The position numbers were made by a program, and so were the translations under genes. A stretch of 64,000 nucleotides of DNA from the NCBI GenBank assembly GCA_963796365.1, contig CAWCLJ010000003.1:654800-718799 (forward strand), read 5' to 3'. Source of the DNA: an uncultured Chloroflexia bacterium (GTDB lineage Bacteria > Chloroflexota > Dehalococcoidia > Dehalococcoidales > RBG-16-60-22). Within the stretch, counting starts at the first letter, position 1; each line of letters begins with the position of its first letter. The notes beneath the pieces were generated by a model. It saw only the letters and a list, made by a program, of their open reading frames with translations, had not been told where the DNA came from and made no database searches. Of this stretch, positions 20,138 through 28,409 are shown piece after piece.

Positions 20138-20686
20138 ATGAAGATTAGTAAAGCAAGCTGGATGATCCTGGCAACCGGGGTATTTATTATTGTACTGGCC
20201 GGGCTTGGCATCGCGCGTTCCGGGCAGTTAAAGGAACAGGCCCGAGTTAATCAGGAATTATCGATGGCCAGTGCGAGGCTGGGTAACTTGCAGGTCATCG
20301 AGCTTCAGGCACAAATAAATGAACTCCAGGAGCAATTAACTGAAGCGCATGACCAGTCCACTGAAGCCGTGGACAAGTTGAAGCAAAATATTATCAGCGT
20401 GGATATTGCCGATAAGTTCTATGAGATTGCAAGCTTTTATAATGTCACCGTTGATGATATAAGTACGACACCGGTTGCCCAGCAGCCTTATGCCGGTATT
20501 AATTGCGATACTATCTCACTTGATGCCGATGTCGGCGGTGGTAATGTTGATATCGTTAATTTTATTACCGGATTGAATGAAAATTTTACGACCGGCTTTG
20601 TCCGGACCATTCAATTATCCAATAGCGATAATGATTCCAGCCAGGTAAATGTGCAGATGGTCGTTTACTCTTATAAAGGAAGCTGA
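20138..20686 (+). CDS. PilO-like pilus alignment protein (TM + coiled coil + C-terminal alpha/beta domain)
   Basis: Single N-terminal TM, coiled coil QAQINELQEQLTEA. Position inside the pilus operon. Confidence 0.55.
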   Translation: MKISKASWMILATGVFIIVLAGLGIARSGQLKEQARVNQELSMASARLGNLQVIELQAQINELQEQLTEAHDQSTEAVDKLKQNIISVDIADKFYEIASFYNVTVDDISTTPVAQQPYAGINCDTISLDADVGGGNVDIVNFITGLNENFTTGFVRTIQLSNSDNDSSQVNVQMVVYSYKGS

Positions 20687-20688
20687 TA

Positions 20689-22182
20689 ATGGGAAGCAAT
20701 ACGGTTTCGGTCTATATCGATGATAGTTCCATCCGCGTGATGGTAACGCGCGGCAGGCGTATTATCAGGCTTGCCGACTTAGCCGTGGAAACACCGCTTG
20801 GCGCTATCGATTCGCCGGAAAAAGAAGCGGAATTGGCCGGTAAAATCCGGCAATTGCTGAAATTTAACAAAATCGGGCCGCGCAAAGTTATCCTGGGTCT
20901 CAGCGGCCTGCGCTGCCTCACCCGCCCTGTTGTTTTACCGGAACTGCCCAAAGCCATGGTCGGTGAAGCGGTCGTAAGAGAAGCAAAAAGAGTACTTCCC
21001 ATGCCGCTGGAGCAGTTGTATCTTTCCTGGCAGACTATCTCCGTTTCCGGTGGCAAGACAAACCTGTTCCTTGTGGCCCTGCCGCGTCAGATTGCCGATA
21101 AGGCCGTCAGGGTGATGAATAAAGCGGGCTATAAGCCGTATCTCATGGAAATAAAGCCGATGGCGCTGGCCAGGCTTTCCAGGGAAGCGACCTCTATCAT
21201 TCTTGATGTGCAGCCTAAAGAGTTCGATATCGTCATCATGATGAACGGTATTCCGCAGCCCATCCGTACCATCGCTTTTCCGGAGGAATCGCTTCCTTTG
21301 CCGGATAGGTTTAACATCGTCAGGGAAGATTTGAAGCGTACTTTGGAATTCGTTCGGTCTAAAGGGGAAGAAAACAAGATTAATCCGGATACAACCATTT
21401 TCGTCTCCGGAGAAATCAACGAGCACCCCGAGTTGTACGAGCCGTTTGGTAAGGAATTGGGATTTAAGGTAGATAAACTTGCTTCGCCGTTAAAGTATCT
21501 TAAATACCTTGAACCTTCGCCTTACTTGGTAAACGTCGGCATGGCTTTAAAGGAATATACTAAAATACCCCGGCCGATGCTGCCCAATTTTAATGCGCTG
21601 CCCGAACCTTACCAGCCCAGGCATATTTCCTTCAACAAAATGATGGCCGTACCGGCGGCCCTGGGCGCGGTAGGAATACTCGTCTTATTGATGGTAATTG
21701 TCCAGAATGCTGCCGCCAGGATCAATAATGTCCAGAATCAGCTCGATAACAGCAATTACTTGCTGGAAAAAAAACAGACGCAAAAAAAACAGATGTCGGA
21801 TAACATCACCGCGCTCCAGGCGCAGATTAATAGTGTGGAAGCTCAATATGATATATACGCCGCCGCTATTAAAGAGTTGTCCGGTACCGGAAGTAACTTT
21901 AATAAAGACCTTACAACCTCTGTAAACACCATCGAAAGCGGTATCTCTATTCATACGATGACGATTGATAATGCAACGGTGAACATTAACGGCAACGCCG
22001 ATAGTCAGGAAAATGTTTTTACCTACGTCAGGAGTTTGACGGACACCGGCCGGTTTCAATCTATTACCATAAACAACATCACGCTGCAAACGCAAACCGG
22101 AAGCAGTGATAATTCTTCGGAGAGTGATAATTCCTCTGTAACTTACAAAATAACCTGTGTGTTGAAGGCGGATAGACAATGA
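20689..22182 (+). CDS. PilM::PilN fusion (actin-like ATPase fold, TM, coiled coil, PilN-like domain)
   Basis: N-terminal ~310 aa PilM-like (VYIDDSSIRV...). TM at MAVPAALGAVGILVLLMVIV. C-terminal PilN-like domain. Confidence 0.72.
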   Translation: MGSNTVSVYIDDSSIRVMVTRGRRIIRLADLAVETPLGAIDSPEKEAELAGKIRQLLKFNKIGPRKVILGLSGLRCLTRPVVLPELPKAMVGEAVVREAKRVLPMPLEQLYLSWQTISVSGGKTNLFLVALPRQIADKAVRVMNKAGYKPYLMEIKPMALARLSREATSIILDVQPKEFDIVIMMNGIPQPIRTIAFPEESLPLPDRFNIVREDLKRTLEFVRSKGEENKINPDTTIFVSGEINEHPELYEPFGKELGFKVDKLASPLKYLKYLEPSPYLVNVGMALKEYTKIPRPMLPNFNALPEPYQPRHISFNKMMAVPAALGAVGILVLLMVIVQNAAARINNVQNQLDNSNYLLEKKQTQKKQMSDNITALQAQINSVEAQYDIYAAAIKELSGTGSNFNKDLTTSVNTIESGISIHTMTIDNATVNINGNADSQENVFTYVRSLTDTGRFQSITINNITLQTQTGSSDNSSESDNSSVTYKITCVLKADRQ

Positions 22183-23348
22183 CGGATATTGTTAATTTAT
22201 TGCAGATAGGTAAAGCCAAAAGCGCCTCTGACTTGCATATCGTGGTGGACAGGCCTCCTCTCTACCGCATCCACGGCAGCTTGATCCCGGTTGATGATAT
22301 GCCGGCGCTATCGGCTGAAGATATTGAACAGGGTTTAAAGCAGATTGCTAACGAACAGGAAATGTCTGACTTTAAAGGTACGAAGGAACTCGATTTTGGC
22401 CGCACCGTCCCGGGCGTAGGAAGAGTGCGTTTTAACGCGGCCATGCAGCGCGGTACGGTCAGCATCGTGGCTCGTCTTTTACCTTCCGTAATCCCGACTC
22501 CGGAAATGCTGGGCCTGCCCAAAGTCTGTAAAGACCTGATACAGCGCCCGCGGGGACTAATCGTTATCTCCGGTCCGACCGGCAGCGGCAAGTCCACTAC
22601 CTTGGCTTCTATGATAGATTTCATAAACCAGACGGAGAGCCGCCGTATCGTCACTCTGGAAGACCCCATCGAGTACACCTATGAGAACAAGAAGTGCACG
22701 ATTACCCAGCGTGAACTCGGCCATGATACATTGTCCTTTGCGGAAGGGCTTAGGCACGTTTTAAGGCAGGACCCGGATGTTATATTGGTCGGTGAAATGC
22801 GGGACCTGGAAACCGCCTCCGCCGCCCTTACCGTCGCCGAGACCGGCCACCTTGTCTTAACTACCGGCCATGCCCCCAGCGCCTCGCAGGCCGTGGAACG
22901 TATCGCCAACATGTTCCCGCCGCACGAACGAACTTTGGCGCAGACCCGTCTCGCCTCCTTATTACTGGGTATTCTGTGCCAGGCGCTCGTGCCGAAGGTC
23001 GATGGTAAAGGACGCGTCGCCGCTATCGAGGTCATGCTGGCAACCTCGGCCATCAGGAACCTCATCCGGGACGGCAAAACTTACCAGTTGCCCAATTCCA
23101 TCCGCATGAATACCCAGCAGGGCATGGAGTTGCTCGACCAGGCATTGGTAAGGCTTTATCAAAGCAACCAGATCACTTTGGAAAAAGTCTTCGAGTTCTG
23201 CAACGACCGTGATGAAATTACCCGCCTAACCGGTGAAAAAGAGAAACCCGGGATAACGAGCGTGAGCCTGTCCCGGCCGGTGGTCTGTCATTCTGAGCCA
23301 TTGATCCCGATCAGCTTCGCGAATTGGGAGAAAGGCGTGAGAATCTAA
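22179..23348 (+). CDS. pilT: Twitching-motility retraction ATPase PilT, with repeat-derived C-terminal tail
   Basis: Walker A GPTGSGKSTT plus the GHLVLTTGHA motif. The last ~20 codons (VCHSEPLIPISFANWEKGVRI) are encoded by an R1-type repeat. Confidence 0.92.
   Translation: MTDIVNLLQIGKAKSASDLHIVVDRPPLYRIHGSLIPVDDMPALSAEDIEQGLKQIANEQEMSDFKGTKELDFGRTVPGVGRVRFNAAMQRGTVSIVARLLPSVIPTPEMLGLPKVCKDLIQRPRGLIVISGPTGSGKSTTLASMIDFINQTESRRIVTLEDPIEYTYENKKCTITQRELGHDTLSFAEGLRHVLRQDPDVILVGEMRDLETASAALTVAETGHLVLTTGHAPSASQAVERIANMFPPHERTLAQTRLASLLLGILCQALVPKVDGKGRVAAIEVMLATSAIRNLIRDGKTYQLPNSIRMNTQQGMELLDQALVRLYQSNQITLEKVFEFCNDRDEITRLTGEKEKPGITSVSLSRPVVCHSEPLIPISFANWEKGVRI
23287..23346 (+). repeat. Repeat family R1, variant copy forming the pilT 3' end
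   Basis: GTCATTCTGAGCCATTGA...GGCGTGAGAATCTA. Confidence 0.7.
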
Positions 23349-23377
23349 ATCATCGGCGTTGCACATATTTTGAGTCT

Positions 23378-23427
23378 TGTAGGGTGAGTAAAATCTTTAC
23401 TGCCCCTTTTGCCCACCAATTTTACCC
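23378..23427 (+). repeat. Intergenic repeat family R7 (TGTAGGGTGRGYAAAATCTTTACT.CCCCTTTTGCCCACCAA)
   Basis: Second copy at 23846. Confidence 0.8.
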
Positions 23428-23620
23428 GGTAGCACCGGTGTCCCTGCCGGTGCATTCTATTTTTAAAGAGAGACCTGCCTTACCCAATCCCTTATCCGGC
23501 CATTCGTCCCAACGGAACTTTTTATTTTTCCACGATTGTTTAGCTTCAGTGACTCGTCTCCGATATTATGGCAATCTAGCTTTAATTACCCTGATTCGTT
23601 TTTCTCTTTCCTTTTTCCCT

Positions 23621-23690
23621 TGTCATCCTGAAGCGTCTTGTCCGCCGAAGCCCTCGAGCGAAGCGAAGGGGAAGGATATCAGGGTCGGGG
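23621..23690 (+). repeat. Intergenic repeat family R2
   Basis: TGTCATCCTGAAGCGTCTTGTCCGCCGAAG...GAAGGATATCAGGGTCGGGG. Confidence 0.85.
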
Positions 23691-23845
23691 CGGCGTATTC
23701 CCTTATTTCCTGCGTCGTTCTCGCAAGGGCGGGAATCCATTTCCTCCGCTGTAAAAATTATTGGGTCATAACAAATAATGCCAACGATAAGGAAATACAA
23801 CGTCCTCCCTGATAAGGGAGGAGCCGAGGAGGATTTCACCAGTCA

Positions 23846-23896
23846 TGTAGGGTGGGCAAAATCTTTACTCCCCCTTTTGCCCACCAAGTTATCCCC
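23846..23896 (+). repeat. Intergenic repeat family R7
   Basis: GGGTGGGCAAAA...TTTTGCCCACC hairpin. Confidence 0.8.
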
Positions 23897-23954
23897 CTTT
23901 TTCAACGTCACTTCTGCGAAGGCAGGAATCCATCATTGCCTTAATCCGATAATG

Positions 23955-24007
23955 GAGATTGCCGCGTCCTCCCGGGGTACAAGGGTAACGGAAGGGCTCG
24001 CCATGAC
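23955..24007 (-). repeat. Repeat family R1, the only inverted copy
   Basis: The reverse complement reads GTCATGGCGAGCCC...GCGGCAATCTC. Confidence 0.65.
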
Positions 24008-24247
24008 ACATCTTGTCCGATAAGCAACCTTTCTTTAATCTGGGAAAATCGCCTTAGTTTTAGTTAGAAACGGTTGCTGAAAGTAGGGGTGTCCAAGAGG
24101 GGCGGTCGCTCCTCTTCCATATCTTTTCCCCCTTTCAAACAAAGAATCTTCGGTTTGAATTACGCACCGTTTGAGAGGGGGCAAGGGGGTGAGTATGTAC
24201 TGTTACTCCCTCAACCCTTAACCCTCAATCCTATCCACTATTACCTA

Positions 24248-24455
24248 TTTAACATAACTACCCTAAAAAAAGCCATTGAGCCTGAATCGTATCTAAGCTT
24301 ACCATAATATGTTAAAAAAACGATTTATGCCTGGACCGAGCCTGATTTAACATAATACCCTAAAAAAATGACTCACGCGTAAGTCGAGATTGGTTTAACA
24401 TAACACCCTTAAAAAACGAATCACGCCTGGGTCGAGGCTAAGATAACATAATAGT
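24248..24455. repeat. Degenerate tandem array, about 5 units of ~48-50 bp (TTTAACATAAYACCCTAAAAAAACGAWTCAYGCCTGG.YCGAG.CT)
   Basis: Unit starts near 24248, 24302, 24346, 24394 and 24443. Confidence 0.75.
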
Positions 24456-24677
24456 GGGAACGAACTTTTCATCGCTGTCTCACGTTCACACATATCCATC
24501 TTCGTTTCTCCTGACAGCATATATTAGCACTGGTGTTCTAGTTCTGTCAATAGCATTTTGTCACAATTTGTAGCTGCTGCAGCTATGATTTTAAAATTCT
24601 TTTATTGAACCCGTATCGCACTTCGGGGTAGGCTTTTAAGCTTTAAGTTACCTCGATGTGAACCTGACCCCTGGATT

Positions 24678-24686
24678 TGTTATAAT
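24678..24686 (+). promoter_or_regulatory. Extended -10 promoter element (TGTTATAAT) for the deacetylase gene
   Basis: TGnTATAAT about 32 nt upstream of ATG 24718. The -35 is weak. Confidence 0.4.
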
Positions 24687-24717
24687 TTCTATTAAGTAAA
24701 TATTCAGGGAGTTAGAA

Positions 24718-25599
24718 ATGAAACATACCGGTGTTTTTTATCATGATGTCTGCGGAAAGGAAGCCTATTCCAGCCTTGCTATGGGTGTCGAGGACGGTTT
24801 CCTGGGTATTAAGAATGCAGGATTATTTAATTATGAAAATGTAACCTGTTTTGAATCGCGGCAGGCCAGGGAAACGGAAATTGCCCGCATCCATACCGAT
24901 GCCTGGATACAGGAGGTAAAAAGAGGCCAATACTGGAAGTGCTCTTTATACTCCATCGGCGGGGTTCTGGAAGCCACGGAAAAGATATTATCGGGCGAGC
25001 TGGACAACGCGCTGGTTATAGCCGGCGTCGGCGGCCACCATGCTCACCGCGATAGCGCTTGGGGAGGCTGTTATTTCAGCGTTACCGGCCTGGCTATTCC
25101 TCACGCCCGGGCGACCTCTAAAGCCCGCCGCTTTGCCATCGTAGACACGGACACGCACCATGCCGATGGCGTGCGGGATATCTTTAAAGACGATGATGAT
25201 GTGTTGCATATTTGTCTTTGTCGGGACTACGGCTGGGAATACGAGGCGGGCAGCCTTACGGCCAATAAGACCAAGCTCTGCTTCGCCCATGGGGGGTCCA
25301 ATGCTGAAGAAGTGGCCATCGTTGCCAAAGAAGTGCCGGATAGAGTGAAAGAGTTCAAACCGGATATGCTTTTCTGGATCATGGGCATGGATACCCATAT
25401 GGACAGCTATGGAACTCAAGCCTTGACCGAAAAAGCGTATCCCAAACTGGCGGAGGTTGTTAAAGCCACGGCGGATAAAGCGTGCGGAGGGAAACTCCTG
25501 GTCAAGACCTGCTGCAACGCCCCGCCCCATGCCACCTCCTATGCTTTACCCAGGGTTGTCAATATCCTGGCCGAGCTGAATTTATACGATAGGGAGTAG
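24718..25599 (+). CDS. Histone deacetylase / acetoin-utilisation (arginase-fold) family deacetylase
   Basis: GVGGHHAHRDSAWGGCYF and DTDTHHADG motifs. Confidence 0.82.
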   Translation: MKHTGVFYHDVCGKEAYSSLAMGVEDGFLGIKNAGLFNYENVTCFESRQARETEIARIHTDAWIQEVKRGQYWKCSLYSIGGVLEATEKILSGELDNALVIAGVGGHHAHRDSAWGGCYFSVTGLAIPHARATSKARRFAIVDTDTHHADGVRDIFKDDDDVLHICLCRDYGWEYEAGSLTANKTKLCFAHGGSNAEEVAIVAKEVPDRVKEFKPDMLFWIMGMDTHMDSYGTQALTEKAYPKLAEVVKATADKACGGKLLVKTCCNAPPHATSYALPRVVNILAELNLYDRE

Positions 25600-25670
25600 G
25601 GTATAGAGTTCTGCCATGAAGAATTAATTACTAACGGTTAATCGCTTTTAGCTGAAAGCTTTTTGGGACA

Positions 25671-25717
25671 ATAAAAAGCCTGCCGGTTTTAGGAGATTTG
25701 CCGGCAGGCTTTATTTT
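25671..25717. terminator. Bidirectional intrinsic terminator between the deacetylase and pilin genes
   Basis: AAAGCCTGCCGG, 14 nt loop, CCGGCAGGCTTT. Flanked by an A-run and a T-run. Confidence 0.75.
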
Positions 25718-25747
25718 GCAGTAATCTATTTCTTTTATATCACAATA

Positions 25748-26209
25748 TTATGGCGTCTGAACACCCTTAAAATACGTTTGGGTGACATCGCCTGTAGACG
25801 TTATGGTGTAAGTACCGGCAACATTCTCCACACCACCGGCGATATAATCGCCTACCCAATATTGCGTACCACCGACAGTCCCTACTAATAAATCACCATT
25901 ACCATGGGTATGACCTCCATAAGGTTTTTGAGTGGAGGGCGTGGTACCTATATTCCCGAATTGAAAAGGACCACCAGTACCATCGCCGGTTATATTAGCC
26001 GAAACTGCATCAGCCATTGCTGATGTTACGGCTGTTTGAATGTCGGCATACTCGGTTTGCGCGGCTTCATTTTTACCTTTGCCGATGAACTTGCCGACGT
26101 TCGGTACAGCCACCGCGGCCAGGACACCCAGAATCGCTACGACCACCAGCAATTCAATGAGGGTGAAGCCTTTCTCTCCATAACGGAATTGTTTGAATAA
26201 CTTTTTCAT
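25748..26209 (-). CDS. pilA: Type IV pilin (prepilin with class III signal peptide)
   Basis: MKKLFKQFRYGEKG|FTLIELLVVVAILGVLAAVAVP cleavage/methylation motif. AGGAGG SD. Confidence 0.9.
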   Translation of the reverse strand: MKKLFKQFRYGEKGFTLIELLVVVAILGVLAAVAVPNVGKFIGKGKNEAAQTEYADIQTAVTSAMADAVSANITGDGTGGPFQFGNIGTTPSTQKPYGGHTHGNGDLLVGTVGGTQYWVGDYIAGGVENVAGTYTITSTGDVTQTYFKGVQTP

Positions 26210-26489
26210 TTGTATGACCTCCTGCTTTTTTAGCTATTTATTTTGTGCTCATTTCCAGCTTATCACAGCCCATTTTTTCTACAATGACATAAAAGTCCCG
26301 CTTCCCGGCGGAAGAAGGTCACAGGAACATAAGTCATGTCGGGAAAGCAAATTATTATCCGGGGAACAATACTTACCCTGATATTGGTTGGAGGGATATA
26401 TACAATTCAGAATGGAGTCCTTTTCTGATTCTATAACAAGGAAATACTATTGACGCCGCTTTAAAAAACAGGCACAATGTAACCAAGAT

Positions 26490-27290
26490 ATGACATACCT
26501 GTACGCAATTTTTATAACGCTTGTCGGCCTGGCTATCGGCAGTTTCCTGAATGTCTGCATCGACCGCCTGCCGCTAAAGAAATCGATCGTTTCGCCTCCG
26601 TCCCATTGCGATAGTTGCGAGCATAAGCTTGGCGTTCTTGATAACATACCTTTATTCAGTTATATTTTCCTGGGCGGTAAATGCCGCTACTGTAAAGCCC
26701 GCATACCGTTAAGGGTGCTGCTGGTGGAGGCAATCGCCGGCGCATTGTTTTTGATAACCTATCTGCGCTTCGGTTTAAGCCTTCAGACCTTAATAACGCT
26801 TTTCTGGATATGCGTCTTTATCCTCGTTATTTTTATCGATTGGGAACGCCAGTTGATATTGAATGTCATAACTTATCCCATGGCATTAATCGCGGTAATT
26901 TTATTGGCGGTAAATTCTTTTGTGCCTGGGGTAAATTTCTATGGCGACCGGATTTTTGTACCCCAGACCAGTCTTTATAGCGGTCTTTTGAGCGGGGCTT
27001 TTCTTCTTGTGGTTTTCTTGTTAATAGCTATTTTCCGCCCCGGTTCCATGGGCATGGGTGACGCTAAACTGGTGACGCTCATCGGCCTGGTCAGCGGCTT
27101 CCCGCTGGTAATTTTTTCCATGATAATAGGAATCCTCATTGGCGGCGTAGTCGCTATCATCCTCCTGGCTACGAAGAAAAAAGGGAGGAAAGATGTTATT
27201 CCTTACGGCACCTTCCTCGCCATCGGTCCCATCGTAGCAATGCTGCTGCCGGGCGGCGTTATGAACTGGTATCTATCTTTAGGAAAATAA
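26490..27290 (+). CDS. pilD: Prepilin peptidase (A24 family)
   Basis: CDSC...CRYC zinc motif, GMGDAKL active-site motif, polytopic. Confidence 0.92.
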   Translation: MTYLYAIFITLVGLAIGSFLNVCIDRLPLKKSIVSPPSHCDSCEHKLGVLDNIPLFSYIFLGGKCRYCKARIPLRVLLVEAIAGALFLITYLRFGLSLQTLITLFWICVFILVIFIDWERQLILNVITYPMALIAVILLAVNSFVPGVNFYGDRIFVPQTSLYSGLLSGAFLLVVFLLIAIFRPGSMGMGDAKLVTLIGLVSGFPLVIFSMIIGILIGGVVAIILLATKKKGRKDVIPYGTFLAIGPIVAMLLPGGVMNWYLSLGK

Positions 27291-27328
27291 AATATAACTT
27301 CATATACTTTACTTACCCTTGGATTTTA

Positions 27329-27357
27329 TTGACAGTAGGACTTTTGGGAAGTACAAT
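27329..27357 (+). promoter_or_regulatory. Sigma70-like promoter giving an essentially leaderless wHTH mRNA
   Basis: TTGACA, 17 nt spacer, TACAAT. The ATG at 27366 lies 8 nt after the -10 element. Confidence 0.6.
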
Positions 27358-27379
27358 AGTCCTGTATGAATACAGGACT
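27358..27379. promoter_or_regulatory. 22-bp palindromic operator overlapping the wHTH start codon
   Basis: AGTCCTGTAT GA ATACAGGACT. Perfect 10-bp arms. Confidence 0.6.
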
Positions 27380-27698
27380 AAACGGCCGGCAACTTTTAGG
27401 CAACACCGATGTTTTAAAATCGACAGTGGGACGCCGGCGTTCCAATATCGAGATTATTGCCGATATGCTAAGGGTAGGCGAAAACGGGGCAGGTAAAACG
27501 GAAATCATGTATACCGCTAATATGAGTTACAGCCAGATACAAAAATACCTGGAATACCTGGTAAACCAGGGTTTCGTGAACAAAGTGAATATGGATAATA
27601 CCCTGGTGGCTTACCAGGTGACTGATTCCGGGTTTAAGCTCCTTAAAGCTATCGATACTCTCATGGCGATGCTGGAAAACAAGGACCATCAGGAATAA
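27366..27698 (+). CDS. Winged helix-turn-helix protein (archaeal-type HTH_45-like)
   Basis: RRRSNIEIIADMLRV...GKTEIMYTANMSYSQIQKYLEYLVNQGFV pattern. Confidence 0.7.
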   Translation: MNTGLNGRQLLGNTDVLKSTVGRRRSNIEIIADMLRVGENGAGKTEIMYTANMSYSQIQKYLEYLVNQGFVNKVNMDNTLVAYQVTDSGFKLLKAIDTLMAMLENKDHQE

Positions 27699-27725
27699 TA
27701 GGTTTTTCGTTCTTGAAGATAATAT

Positions 27726-27756
27726 AACCTGAAGATTTTGTACTTCAGGTTTTTTT
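27726..27756 (+). terminator. Intrinsic terminator after the wHTH gene
   Basis: AACCTGAAG, 8 nt loop, CTTCAGGTT, then TTTTT. Confidence 0.75.
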
Positions 27757-27929
27757 GTTTATATCTTCTTTTTCTTTTCAAACCGCGTCTGCATTAATGA
27801 AATATTAAGCAAAACTTTATAATTCTTTTATTTCTTTTATGAGGATATTTATGTGCTGATGATAGAGTTAGAATAATAATTTAGAAGTACCGGGGAGGGC
27901 TTTGAGCTCGACTAAACGGGGATTTAGAA

Positions 27930-28274
27930 ATGAAAAGAACTCTTTTATTGGATGAAGATGATTTAATAATGGTAGTCAAAGAGGACGTCGTCAAACAAAT
28001 TGACGAGCACCGTGGAGAGATGAACCGCACGGAATTTGTCAATTATCTCATTCAATGCCAGCTCAAAGACCAGAACATCCAGAAAAAGAGCGTTACCAAA
28101 GAAGAATTTCAGGCCTTTACCCGCCAGATGACCGATACCCTTCACAATTTCCTGCAATTTTTCGTCAGTTACGGTTTGTCGATGGGGAAAAACCAGCAGG
28201 ATGCGGACGTACAGAACCTGAACCGTCAATTGGAAAACCTGCTTAATAACGAAGACAATACCGACGAAATCTAA
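27930..28274 (+). CDS. Ribbon-helix-helix (CopG/Arc-like) domain protein with helical C-terminal extension
   Basis: IMVVKEDVVKQIDEHRGEMNRTEFVNYLIQ fits a beta-alpha-alpha RHH layout (my reading, not searched). Confidence 0.5.
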   Translation: MKRTLLLDEDDLIMVVKEDVVKQIDEHRGEMNRTEFVNYLIQCQLKDQNIQKKSVTKEEFQAFTRQMTDTLHNFLQFFVSYGLSMGKNQQDADVQNLNRQLENLLNNEDNTDEI

Positions 28275-28305
28275 AAGCACAAAAATCTCTTTTTTTACCT
28301 TCGCA

Positions 28306-28375
28306 TAGAACTATGTTCTAGAACATAGTCACTTCCAAATATTTATGTATTAGCTTAGGCTTTCCCTAGAACTAT
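28306..28375. promoter_or_regulatory. Operator cluster upstream of the GH3 gene: three TAGAAC(T/A)AT half-sites including a perfect 20-bp palindrome
   Basis: ACTATGTTCTAGAACATAGT at 28310-28329. Third half-site TAGAACTAT at 28367-28375. Confidence 0.6.
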
Positions 28376-28409
28376 CTTCTATTTGGTTGTTACGTTCCAG
28401 GAGAAATAC

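Noticed and set aside
23324-24307. Track ORFs 23324..23812, 23582..23839, 23778..24023 and 24074..24307 as genes
   Set aside because: All are read-throughs of the R1, R2, R5 and R7 repeats. None has an SD and their composition is repeat-derived.
24248-24455. Possible CRISPR array (regularly spaced repeats)
   Set aside because: The repeated part is most of each unit and is degenerate. There are no unique spacers of constant length and no cas genes in the window. The same applies to 52700-52990.
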